DNA of 64,000 nt from an uncultured Nitrososphaerales archaeon (GTDB lineage: Archaea; Thermoproteota; Nitrososphaeria; Nitrososphaerales; Nitrososphaeraceae): the NCBI GenBank assembly GCA_963713605.1, contig CAVQMO010000010.1, positions 704,001-768,000 of the forward strand, given 5' to 3'. The position numbers were made by a program, and so were the translations under genes. Positions within the stretch are counted from its first letter, which is position 1. Each line of letters opens with the position of its first letter. Below are positions 9,820 through 20,203 of the stretch, one piece after another. Under the pieces are notes generated by a model. The model saw nothing but the letters and a program-made list of their open reading frames with translations, was not told the DNA's origin and ran no database searches.

Positions 9820-10535
9820 TTCTTTTTCACAACCATTATCGAAAAATACTTTTCTCCTGTCTCAGTTACTTGCTGTAATTCTCGAAGTTGAGAAGTCCTG
9901 ATTGTCTGCTCATCGACGGAGACGTTCTGAGCTATAGTTACCATCGAATCATTACTAAATCCGGCATGCGGCAACATGTGTATCACCTTGCCGAAATATC
10001 TTCCGTCTTTTAGAAAAATTACAGTATCACATGTACTTGCCGTATTCCTTACTCTCTCGATGTCATAGCATGCTGGAATAATGCCCACTGTCTGCTCACC
10101 TTCAGCCAGACTCAATTTCGCTTCGGCTGCAAAGGAGAACATAGAAGTAATACCTGGAATGATCTCGATCTCGATATCGGGAAAACTTTCTCTCAACTCC
10201 TTGAATACATAAGCCCATGTACTATACAGAGATGGATCCCCAACAGTGAGATAAACCACATTCTTTCCTGAATAGACAGATTCGGCGATCTCGGCGGCGT
10301 TCTTTTTCCAATAAACCACCAATGATTCTTTGTCCTTTTTCATCGGGAAAACCATGGTTCTGACGGTTTGGTGTTCTCTATCGATATATCTCTCAACCAC
10401 ACCAATAGCAATGCTTGGTTTTCCCTCCATTGAAGTCGGACCGAATATAATGTCCGCCAATTTTAATCTCTCTAAAGCCTTGATCGTAAGTAACTCTGGA
10501 TCTCCTGGCCCGCATCCAATACAAGAAAGCCTCAT
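9816..10535 (-). CDS. cbiL: Precorrin-2 C20-methyltransferase (CobI/CbiL)
   Basis: GCGPGDPELLTIKA, FPM, GDPSLYSTW, IPGITS and YFSIMVV. Confidence 0.9.
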   Translation of the reverse strand: MRLSCIGCGPGDPELLTIKALERLKLADIIFGPTSMEGKPSIAIGVVERYIDREHQTVRTMVFPMKKDKESLVVYWKKNAAEIAESVYSGKNVVYLTVGDPSLYSTWAYVFKELRESFPDIEIEIIPGITSMFSFAAEAKLSLAEGEQTVGIIPACYDIERVRNTASTCDTVIFLKDGRYFGKVIHMLPHAGFSNDSMVTIAQNVSVDEQTIRTSQLRELQQVTETGEKYFSIMVVKKK

Positions 10536-10717
10536 TTTTCGAAAATGGACCAAGCAGTAATTTAAGTTACACTTTGGAATAAAGCAGATTAATGAATACT
10601 TTAGACGCACATTCAACTATCTTTCGCGTTCCATTCTAACACAAAAGAGAGAGGTGAGCCCAATTAATTAATAAAGGTTGCTCGATGGACAGATATTTCG
10701 TGCTAAATGTCACGAAG

Positions 10718-11320
10718 TCAGCAAGTAGGTTTGGTTGCCGAGATTATCAGAACTGGATTTCTTGCCAACATCATGGTCCCGGTCGCGACTTTCCTTGATT
10801 TTGAAATTGTGACTTGTGTCACATCTACCTCTTCAAGATTAGCACTATAAATTGTGGACAATGCTTCATACGCCGATTCTATTAGAATGGTATTAATAAC
10901 TAACCGGCCGTCCGTTTGCAATTTCGATATTCCCATTTCGATAATCTTTCTTGTATTGCTCCATGTCCCCCCCACAACTATAGAATTTGCCTGTGGAAGC
11001 CTGGGCAGCGCAACTTGCGCATCAGATAAGATGACCTCTGCTTTAAATCCAAATCGACTCAAATTCAGCCTTGTTAATTCTACTGCCTTTTCATCAAAAT
11101 CTATTGCGTAGGTTACTCCTCCCCTGATCTGATTGCAGATTTCAACAGTCAAGCTACCGCTACCACAACCAACATCAATTGCGGTAAAACCTTCCTTCAG
11201 CCTCATCTTGCTTATTGTTATTGCTCTAACTTCTTCCTTTGTTATGGGCACCTGCTCGGATCTTTCGAACAGCTCGTCAGGGATCCCTGGGGTATCATAT
11301 TTCCAACGTAAATTTGCCAA
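10718..11320 (-). CDS. cbiT: Precorrin-6B C15-methyltransferase (decarboxylating) CbiT
   Basis: PGIPDELF, PITKEEVR, DVGCGSGS SAM motif and MMLARNPV. Confidence 0.92.
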   Translation of the reverse strand: MANLRWKYDTPGIPDELFERSEQVPITKEEVRAITISKMRLKEGFTAIDVGCGSGSLTVEICNQIRGGVTYAIDFDEKAVELTRLNLSRFGFKAEVILSDAQVALPRLPQANSIVVGGTWSNTRKIIEMGISKLQTDGRLVINTILIESAYEALSTIYSANLEEVDVTQVTISKSRKVATGTMMLARNPVLIISATKPTC

Positions 11321-11342
11321 GATTTTGGCATTTTCCCCTATT

Positions 11343-11639
11343 TTAATGTGCGAGACCTTGATGCAATCCTGTGTAAATAAAGATCATAAACATCAAAAGG
11401 AGGAAAATAAAGGGGAAAATGCCATTGGTTGCAAGCTTTCTCCTTTGTGGCTTCTGAACTGTTCGGCCAATCTTCTTAGATATACCATACGATAATAAAT
11501 AAAAGAACAGACCGATGAGAATGACAATGCCTATCACTGTCCCTTGGTCAGTACCTGGTACTATGACCAGGCCGGCAATTACTCCTCCAATGACACCAAG
11601 TACCGCACGCATGTAATAAATTTTATCGAACATTTCCAT
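11343..11639 (-). CDS. Three-TM membrane protein, EMC6/Rab5ip-like
   Basis: IYYMRAVLGVIGGVIAG...GLFFYLLSY...KLATNGIFPFIFLLLMFMIFIY pattern. Confidence 0.65.
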   Translation of the reverse strand: MEMFDKIYYMRAVLGVIGGVIAGLVIVPGTDQGTVIGIVILIGLFFYLLSYGISKKIGRTVQKPQRRKLATNGIFPFIFLLLMFMIFIYTGLHQGLAH

Positions 11640-11745
11640 TCTATCGACTAGGTACAATACGATTATTACAGTCTTCAAGCATCCTGGTTTAATTCCTTAC
11701 GGTTTGCGTGGAAAAGTGTTATAATTGGTTGTTGGTAGAGTCACG

Positions 11746-13764
11746 ATGAAGGTCATGGAACTATCGGGTCTTGAATTACATTGCCTAATTGAAGATATCA
11801 ATCAGAAGTTAAATCAAGGATATTACGTGGGCGCTATATCCAGTATTTCACGATATTCGTTTTCCCTGAAAATGCGCCACCCTAATCTTTCTGATGTAAT
11901 GGTGGTACTTTCTACAGCTGGAATATGGATGACGAGGATGAACTTCCGTACTTTCGAAGATAGTCCAATTACTAGTAGTATGAAATCAGAGATAGAGAGA
12001 GCAAAGTTCGAGGGTATTGAACAGGTAGGGGATGAGCGTGTAGTCTATCTCAAGTTTAGACATCTTGACGGCCGTTTGAGAATCATAATAGCCGAATTCT
12101 TTCGTAAGGGAAACGTAATTGTGTGCGACGAAAACAATGTGATAATTACAATTTTGAATCCGGTTGAGGTTAGACATAGGATACTTAGAACTGGTATGAC
12201 TTACCAGTCACCTCCGCCCAGAGGCATTAACATATTTGATCTCTCAGTCAGTGATTTATTGGAATTGCGTGAGAAGGAGAAGGATCATAACATGGAAGTT
12301 GAGAAGTGGCTTGGCAGGAATATCTCGCTATCAAAAAAATATATCGAAGAAATAGTTGCCAGGGCCAAAATGAAGCATAGGAGATTAAGCGATACAACCC
12401 GAGAAGACATAGAAATAATCTTTGAATTGACCAGAAAGCTTGTATTTGACATATGTAATCCGTTAACGCATGAACCATTAGTGGTTTTAGACAATGCGGG
12501 ACGACCAATCAGCGTTATACCCTTTCGGCTAGAATCAATATCAGGGGGCGTGGAATATGTTCCTCATGAAACTCTGATGGAGGCTGTAGATGCTGTTTTT
12601 AGTAAACTGTTGACAGAAGAGGGTTCAAGCACACGTACGATTGAATTAGATAACAAAATTGATGTTCTAGAACATGACTACAGCCAACAGAATCAAGCCG
12701 AGTCACAAGTGATTGAGAAATCCAATGCAATTAGGAAATTGGCACAGGAATTTATGACGCTTCCTAATACTGTGACTAACATCCAAGACAAGTTACTATC
12801 TTCTGTTCTAGAGAAAAACTCCTCGAAGATCGTTACCATCGCTGGTAGAAAATTTCTTGAGATAGTCGATGAATCCATACCATTCGATCCACGCCTGCCA
12901 AGAACCTCCTCCTTACTATTTGACAGAGCAAAAGAATTAGAAAGGGGTTGTCAATCGATACGAAATGCAAAATCTAGACTAGTTGACCAAATTGAGGATC
13001 TAAGGCGAAAGGCTGATCTACTCCAAAAGAAAGCTGCAGTAAAACTCCAAGTTGAAAAAGAATGGTTTGAGAGATACAGGTGGTTTATAGGCAGTGAGGG
13101 GATTTTGTGCATCGGAGGAAGAGATGCTTCATCTAATTCCGCAATTATACGGAAGCACTTAACGGATCAAGACTTGGTATTTCATGCGGAAGTCCATGGA
13201 TCGCCGTTCTTTGTTCTCAAGAATGTACCGAGCAATGGCGCTGAGCAACTTCAAACAAGCCTATCGGAAGCCGCTCAGGCAACTGTATCGTTTAGTAGGG
13301 CTTGGAAGGATGGATTATCAGTTGCTGACGCTTATTGGGTCATTCCAGATCAGGTAAAGAAAGGCGCTCCCACTGGCCAGTTTCTGCCCAAAGGTTCCTT
13401 TGTCATACAAGGAAAGAGGAACTATGTCAAGGGTGTGGAAATTAAGTTGGCTTTGGGTGTGATAATCTTGGAAAAAAGATATGCCCTAATGTGTGGTCCT
13501 CAGGATGCGGTGAAAAAAAAATCAATTGCATATTGTGTACTTTTGCCAGGGGGAAACAATCCAACTAATATGGCTAAAAAATTTAAGCAGGAAATGGTGA
13601 GAATATGTACTGACGTTTCTGAAGAGTTCAAGGACCTTCTAGAGTACCTTAAGTCGATTTCAATTGACGAGATTGTTAAGACCATTCCCCACGGACAATC
13701 AAAGATTTTGATTACAAAAAAAGGCGATCTTCTAACCCAATCGATAGAAGAATTGCATTCCTAA
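11746..13764 (+). CDS. rqcH: Ribosome quality-control factor Rqc2/NEMF (NFACT family)
   Basis: EQVGDERV, GNVIVCD, WFERYRWF, GGRDASSN, FHAEVHGSP and PTGQFLPKGSFVIQGKRNY. Confidence 0.92.
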   Translation: MKVMELSGLELHCLIEDINQKLNQGYYVGAISSISRYSFSLKMRHPNLSDVMVVLSTAGIWMTRMNFRTFEDSPITSSMKSEIERAKFEGIEQVGDERVVYLKFRHLDGRLRIIIAEFFRKGNVIVCDENNVIITILNPVEVRHRILRTGMTYQSPPPRGINIFDLSVSDLLELREKEKDHNMEVEKWLGRNISLSKKYIEEIVARAKMKHRRLSDTTREDIEIIFELTRKLVFDICNPLTHEPLVVLDNAGRPISVIPFRLESISGGVEYVPHETLMEAVDAVFSKLLTEEGSSTRTIELDNKIDVLEHDYSQQNQAESQVIEKSNAIRKLAQEFMTLPNTVTNIQDKLLSSVLEKNSSKIVTIAGRKFLEIVDESIPFDPRLPRTSSLLFDRAKELERGCQSIRNAKSRLVDQIEDLRRKADLLQKKAAVKLQVEKEWFERYRWFIGSEGILCIGGRDASSNSAIIRKHLTDQDLVFHAEVHGSPFFVLKNVPSNGAEQLQTSLSEAAQATVSFSRAWKDGLSVADAYWVIPDQVKKGAPTGQFLPKGSFVIQGKRNYVKGVEIKLALGVIILEKRYALMCGPQDAVKKKSIAYCVLLPGGNNPTNMAKKFKQEMVRICTDVSEEFKDLLEYLKSISIDEIVKTIPHGQSKILITKKGDLLTQSIEELHS

Positions 13765-13911
13765 TTAAAAGCGCTAAACAATTGCTAGTCATGTCAAACT
13801 TTCAAAAATGCAAACTGACAATTTCAGTTTCTAGCAAAGTAATTAAGTAAATCATAGTCTTCATCTATTGTGGCCGAAAGGGATTCCATAAGCAAGCACC
13901 GAGATGCAAAT

Positions 13912-14460
13912 ATGACTACTAGGGTTCTTGTAAGAGATATTATGAATAGTACCGTTGTTTCTTGTCATCCCGACGACTCGGTGAATGAAATCGCCAGGAA
14001 AATGAAGGACGAGAAAATAGGCAGCATAGTGATCATGAGAAATGAAAATCCGGTAGGGATAGTTACAGATTGGGACATAGTTACGAATACGGTTGTACAG
14101 GATGTCAAGCCTAGCATGATGAAAGGATCTGACATTATGAAACAGCTTTATACTATTGAAGGGGAAGAAAGTGTTACCGAAGCAGCTCGGCAGCTGAGGC
14201 AAAAAAATATCAAGAGATTGGGTGTGGTCTATAAAGGAAGGCTTGTTGGCATTATTTCTGCGTCAGACGTTATCGCCGTAACTCCAGAGCTGGTAGACGT
14301 AGTGTCCGAGAAGGCGTCGCTGATAAGAGGGGAGATTGGCCGGCCCATAGGCAATGTATCAGGGTATTGCGATGAATGTGGCGAATGGTCTGATTTGCTG
14401 CAGTACGTTCAAGGAACTTTTAATTGTGAAGAGTGTAGAGGCGAAGCAGCAGCCGTATAG
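13912..14460 (+). CDS. CBS-domain pair protein with C-terminal zinc ribbon
   Basis: VRDIM...GIVTDWDI...GIISASDV followed by GYCDECG...CEEC. Confidence 0.88.
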   Translation: MTTRVLVRDIMNSTVVSCHPDDSVNEIARKMKDEKIGSIVIMRNENPVGIVTDWDIVTNTVVQDVKPSMMKGSDIMKQLYTIEGEESVTEAARQLRQKNIKRLGVVYKGRLVGIISASDVIAVTPELVDVVSEKASLIRGEIGRPIGNVSGYCDECGEWSDLLQYVQGTFNCEECRGEAAAV

Positions 14461-14956
14461 AGATCTAGCCTTTTTTGCCGACTCGATGCATGGAAGTCTG
14501 GCTCGGAAGCTTAGGATATTCGGAATGGATACCGCCTATAGTAGTTCGATTTCCGATGAACAATTACTCAGGGATTGTAGCGACCAACGACGAATTCTTT
14601 TAACATCTGATAAAGAATTATTCAAGAGATCTTTGAATAAAAGAATCGGGAGTGTACTTTTGCAAGGTCATTCAGACAAGGAAAATATGTTAAAAATCTT
14701 TGGAGAATGCAACATCAGGGAGATACTGTTTGATTCGGCATTTGCAAGATGTCCCACATGCAATCTGGAACTCGAGAAAAAAGAGAGAGGAGAGATAGAT
14801 CACCAAAACAACTTAATCCCTCCAAAATCTTATCTCCTTTATTCTCATTTTTATCAATGTAGTAGATGCAGGAAAATCTACTGGGAAGGGAGTCATAAAC
14901 CAGCGCTAGTTTCTCTAGCCGAATCGGTTACTCAAGAATTGTACAGGATATCTTGA
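14430..14956 (+). CDS. Mut7-C RNase (PIN-like) domain protein; start uncertain
   Basis: FFADSMHGSLARKLRIFGMDT, RILLTSD, RCPTCN and CSRCRKIYWEGSH. Confidence 0.88.
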
Positions 14957-15077
14957 TCTACTTAATTGATCAAACTTTCGTTTACTATATTCATGATTCT
15001 CAGTAACATGTAGGCCAATGATTGCGTAAAATTAGGAAAAGGTTAAAATCACGTATGCCGAAGAACTTCAGACCATA

Positions 15078-15689
15078 ATGAGTTCATCCTTGCCGCTAGA
15101 GAGGACTATTGACAAGGTTTTATCACAAAAGGAGAGTGAATTAATTTCAAAGTTAGATTCCGCCTATCAGGAATCACTGAAGAATCTAGAATCTTCTAAA
15201 AGTAAACTCAATTCTGAATACATGGCAATACTTGAAAATGCAAAGAAGCAGGCTGAAAATCTCAAGAGGCAGATCGTTGGTTCAAGTAGGCTCTCTGCAA
15301 GGAACAATCAGCTCATCCTAGTAGAGGATTCAGTCAAAACCGTTTTCGAGATGGCAAGGAAGAGATTGTTATCCCTGCACAAGGAACCGGATTATGAAAA
15401 GCTGATGAAGCAAGCCTTATTAAATAGTCTCAACGAAATCGGAAAGAACGACCTTATTATTGAATGTAACAAGACTGACTCTGGTTTGGTACGAAAACTT
15501 GTGGATTTCATTAACAAAGAAAAGGGAACAAAGCTGGCTGTGGCAGATAAGAATATTGACATCTTAGGAGGCATACGTGCCACGTCATCAGATGGAACAC
15601 TGACCTATGATGATTCTATTGATTCTAGAATAGAACGGCTCAAACCTTTAATAAGGAAACACATTGTCCAAATCTTGAGAAGGGAGTGA
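15078..15689 (+). CDS. atpE: A-type ATP synthase subunit E
   Basis: N-terminal coiled coil, ILGGIRA...TYDDSIDSRIERL; lies just upstream of atpA. Confidence 0.9.
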   Translation: MSSSLPLERTIDKVLSQKESELISKLDSAYQESLKNLESSKSKLNSEYMAILENAKKQAENLKRQIVGSSRLSARNNQLILVEDSVKTVFEMARKRLLSLHKEPDYEKLMKQALLNSLNEIGKNDLIIECNKTDSGLVRKLVDFINKEKGTKLAVADKNIDILGGIRATSSDGTLTYDDSIDSRIERLKPLIRKHIVQILRRE

Positions 15690-15698
15690 AAGAGAAAG

Positions 15699-17489
15699 TT
15701 GGTCTCAAAAGGTAAAATAGTCTGGGTGAGCGGTCCAGCGGTCAGGGCCGACGGTATGTCATCTACTAAGATGTACGAAACAGTTGAGGTAGGTGAATCT
15801 AAACTAATCGGTGAAGTCATTAGACTTACCGGAGACGTAGCATTTATTCAGGTTTATGAGACAACCTCAGGTCTGAGACCTGGAGAACCTGTAGTTGGAA
15901 CAGGTCAACCACTATCCGTTACTCTTGGTCCAGGGATTATTGGCCAGATCTATGATGGGATACAAAGGCCATTAGGTGAAATGGCGAAGAAATCAGGCGA
16001 TTTCATCGGAAGGGGAATCGCAACAACACCAATAGATCTAAAGAAGAAGTACAAGTTTATTCCAGCGGTAAAGAAAGGAGATAATATTACTGGTGGTTCC
16101 ATTCTAGGCACGGTGGATGAAACCCCCTTGCTTACTCATAGCATTCTTGTGCCTCCAAATCATCGTGGAGGGGTGATAACTAACATGGTTGGTGAAGGTG
16201 AATATGACTTGGAACAAGTTTTGGCTGAGACACAAAAAGATGGTGGCTTTCAAACAGAACTAAAGATGTACCACAAATGGCCAGTTCGACATCCTAGACC
16301 TTACACCGCAAGATATGATCCTACAGTGCCTCTTGTCACCGGCCAGCGCATTATTGACACATATTTTCCCATCGCAAAGGGAGGGACCGGAGCCATTCCT
16401 GGTGGTTTTGGAACTGGCAAGACTGTAACACTACATCAGATAGCAAAATGGGCTGATTCAAAAGTTGTCGTTTACATTGGATGTGGCGAACGTGGAAATG
16501 AAATGACCGAGGTATTGGTGGAATTTCCTCACCTTCTTGACCCGCGTTCAGGCAGGCCATTGATGGAAAGAACAGTTCTCGTAGCGAACACTAGTAATAT
16601 GCCCGTGGCCGCCCGGGAAGCTTCTATTTACACAGGTGTGACTATTGCCGAGTATTACCGTGACATGGGTTTTGACACTGTCCTGGTCGCTGATTCCACA
16701 AGTCGGTGGGCTGAAGCTTTGAGAGAAATGTCAGGACGACTTGAAGAGATGCCTGCTGAAGAAGGTTATCCTTCTTACCTTGCGTCAAGGTTAGCCGAAT
16801 TTTATGAACGTGCTGGGCGAGTTAGGTCTTTGGGTCTGCCAGAAAGAAGCGGATCCGTGACACTGATAGGAGCTGTGTCTCCTTCAGGAGCCGATTTCAC
16901 GGAGCCCGTGACTACACATACCATCAGGTTCATCAAGACGTTCTGGGCGCTGGATACGAGACTTGCATACTCAAGGCATTATCCTTCGATTAACTGGATG
17001 CAGTCCTATTCGGGGTACTTGGAGGATGTTGCCAAGTGGTGGAAGGAGAACGTGAGCAGTGAATGGTTTGAGTTGAGAGGAGAGTCATATCACATTTTGC
17101 AGAGAGAGGATACGCTAAAAGAAATCGTGAGGCTTCTTGGACCGGAAGCGCTTCCTGACGAAGAAAAACTTATCTTAGAAGTTGCACGAATGATAAAAAT
17201 AGGAATTATTCCAGCAAAATTCCTTCGACACGGTTGATACCTATTGTAGTCCACAAAAGCAGGTGAAATTAGTCAAGCTAATGGTCAGATTTTACAAGGA
17301 GGCACTTAAGGCCTTAAGAGAGGGAACTTCCCTAGCCGATATAAGGGCAATGCGAATAATTACTCCCTATTAAAAGCAAAGTTTGAGATTCCTGACGAGG
17401 AGGTACAGCGACTAGACGGCCTCGAAAACGAAATGAATGAGCAGTTTAAAAAACTGCAAAGTAAAGAAGAGGTAAAAGTGGTTGTCTGA
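15699..17489 (+). CDS. atpA: A-type ATP synthase subunit A (indels at about 17205 and 17365)
   Basis: GGFGTGKT Walker A, GCGERGNE and [14 protein letters not shown]-terminus continues in shifted frames to TGA 17489. Confidence 0.95.
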
Positions 17490-18872
17490 ATCAGCTGCCA
17501 TCGAATATACTAAAATAGCCGAAATTAAAGGTCCTCTCATAATCATTGATGGGATCACTAAGGCGTCCTTCGATGAGCTAGTTGAAATCGAGACTTCAGA
17601 TTCCGACAGAAGACTCGGCAGAGTGCTCGAAGTCGGCCACGGAAAGGCTGTGGTGCAGGTATTTGAAGGTACTACGGGCCTAGCGATCAGTGGAACGAAA
17701 GCTAAATTCTTGGGTAGAACCATGACTATGCCAGTTTCTCCGGAACTCTTAGGTAGGGTATTCGATGGACTCGGCCGGCCTAATGACGGTCTCCCCGATC
17801 CTATAGCGGAGAAATTCCTCGATGTAAACGGGGAGCCAATGAACCCTGAACGAAGGGAATATCCTACCTCATTCATACAAACAGGGGTCTCTGTAATTGA
17901 CGGTATGCTTACGCTCGTCCGTGGCCAGAAACTTCCGATATTCTCTGGCTCCGGAATGCCACATAACATTGTGGCCAGCCCAAATAGCTAGGCAGGCAGC
18001 TGTTGTAGGAACAAAAGAAGATTTTGCCGTAGTCTTCGCAGACCATTGGAGTTCAATATTCGGAGGCTCAATACTTTAAACGAAGTCTCGAAGAGTCTGG
18101 CGCCCTGAGACGAAGCGTATTATTTCTTAATCTAGCAGATGATCCTGCCATCGAGCGAATCATAACCCCTAGGGTAGCTCTTACTGTAGCCGAATATCTG
18201 GCCTTTGAATTGGGAATGCATGTGCTAGCGGTATTGACAGACATGACTAACTATGCTGAGGCATTACGTGAAATTAGCGCTGCAAGAGAAGAAGTCCCTG
18301 GAAGGAAAGGATATCCAGGCTATCTGTACACCGATTTGGCAAACAACTACGAGCGTGCTGGGCGTATACGAGGCAAAAATGGCAGTGTAACTCAGGTGCC
18401 GATACTATCCATGCCCGCTGATGATATAACGCACCCTATTCCGGATCTTACTGGTTACATTACTGAAGGTCAAATAGTGTTAGGAAGAGATCTCTTCCGA
18501 AAAGGCGTGTATCCGCCTGTGAACGTTCTCATGTCCCTTTCAAGACTTATGAAAGACGGTGTTGGGGAGGGAAAAACGAGATCGGATCACATGGAAGTTG
18601 GTAATCAGCTATACGATGCTTATTCTCGAGCTCAAGAAGTAAGGGCTCTTGCTGAAATCGTAGGAAGATCAGGACTGACCGGCGTAGACCTCAAGTATTT
18701 GGATGCAGGCGATATGTTTGAGAATCATTTTCTAAAACAAGGACAAGACGAGAATAGGGGATTAGAAGAGACACTTTCAAGGGCATGGGACATACTCTCA
18801 ACTTTACCAGAGGGAGAGCTCACGAAGATAAAAGAAAAGCATGTGAGACAATACTACAAGGAGACAAAATGA
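17482..18872 (+). CDS. atpB: A-type ATP synthase subunit B (indels at about 17970 and 18040)
   Basis: [30 protein letters not shown] and [19 protein letters not shown]. Confidence 0.95.
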
Positions 18873-18882
18873 ACTTTTAATC

Positions 18883-19522
18883 ATGTCATTTGGGGGAAGG
18901 GTTACTGCTACAAAGATTGAACTAATCAAGATCCGTCGTTCCATGCAGGTAGGAAAGATGGTTCACAAGATCCTTGATGATAAACGGGAGGTTCTGTTAA
19001 AAAAGATAGACGAAATGATCGAGGAGGCTAACAAGGCCAGAGGGGACATCTGGTCACCATTAGCGGAGATCTACTCTGCCGTATATGATTCCTACATGTC
19101 CCTTGGAACAACAACGCTAGAATCAATTGCTGATTCTACTCCCAGTATCATGGAGGTTGAAGTAAATGTACGTAGAGTTGTGGACGTAAGGATCCCGACT
19201 CTCCACGTTAGCAATAAACAGGGGGGGCAGGAATTATCGTATGGTTTCGTGGAAACCAACGCTTCGGTAGATAAAGGAGCGAAACTAATAAAGAATATAC
19301 TCCCACAAATTTGCAAAGCGAGCCGAATACGAGAATGCAATATTTAGTTTAGCAAAGGAACTCGAGAGAACTCAGAAGTTGATTAACGCGTTGGAGTACG
19401 TGATAATTCCACAGTATGAGAATGCGATAGCATTTATCCGGGCTACTCTCGAAGAACGAGAAAGAGAAGATTTCGTGAGACTCAAAAAAGTTAAAGCAGT
19501 ACTAGAAAGGAAAAAGCTTTAA
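18883..19522 (+). CDS. atpD: A-type ATP synthase subunit D (indel at about 19322)
   Basis: ATKIELI, KILDDKREVL; shifted frame gives TQKLINALEYVIIP...EERERED FVRLKKVK. Confidence 0.92.
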
Positions 19523-19556
19523 TACTGTCGGGATTGTTTTGGGAACTCATCGGGAA

Positions 19557-19688
19557 ATGAGCGAGAATATTATCACAAGCTTTTTCGAGGAATCAAGAGA
19601 TGTTCTCAAGAAAGAATATGAAACTATGGTAGAGCAAACGAAAGTGATGCTTGGTGAATGTAAACGCAAAGCACTCTCCAAAATATAG
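19557..19688 (+). CDS. 43-aa helical microprotein inside the atp operon
   Basis: MSENIITSFFEESRDVLKKEYETMVEQTKVMLGECKRKALSKI; below the ORF-track cutoff, co-oriented between atpD and atpK. Confidence 0.6.
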   Translation: MSENIITSFFEESRDVLKKEYETMVEQTKVMLGECKRKALSKI

Positions 19689-19800
19689 TTCATTTATCCT
19701 GGTTTCTTGGTTAGTAACAATCCTTTGTAATTCTTTTTAATATATAGAATTATCCGTTTGCCGAGATATCATTAAATAGGGCGTCCCATCTCGAACCCCT

Positions 19801-20139
19801 ATGAAGAAAGGAAAGGGAGGACGTATTTTTATCCCGGTTATCGTGGCTCTGACCACAATAACTTTCATAACCGTAAGTTCCATGGGGTCTATAGCACATG
19901 CTCAGGAAGAGGCTGCTGCTGGTGATGCAAGCTCGTTCAAATTGATAGGTGCAGGAATGGCGTTTGGTTTGGCCGCTCTTGGCGCGGGTATCGGACTTGG
20001 TTACGTTGGAGCTGCCGGCTTAGCAGCAATTAGCGATAATCCTAAAATGCAGTCCAGGGTTTTCATCATTGTAGGTATGGTAGAGTCAATTGCAATTTAC
20101 GGAATCGTCATGATGTTCATCATACTCGGTCAAGCGTGA
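19801..20139 (+). CDS. atpK: A-type ATP synthase proteolipid subunit c/K with N-terminal signal-like leader
   Basis: GLAALGAGIGLG helix and ESIAIYG carboxylate motif; leader ends AHA-Q. Confidence 0.93.
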   Translation: MKKGKGGRIFIPVIVALTTITFITVSSMGSIAHAQEEAAAGDASSFKLIGAGMAFGLAALGAGIGLGYVGAAGLAAISDNPKMQSRVFIIVGMVESIAIYGIVMMFIILGQA

Positions 20140-20203
20140 CCTAAATCAGGAGATTCCTGATCGGCGCCTCTATCTGAGAGGATAACGGATGGACTGGGAC
20201 TAA

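Noticed and set aside
15699..19522. Programmed ribosomal frameshifting or inteins in atp genes
   Set aside because: No consistent slippery sites and no extra inserted sequence; indel errors explain the splits.
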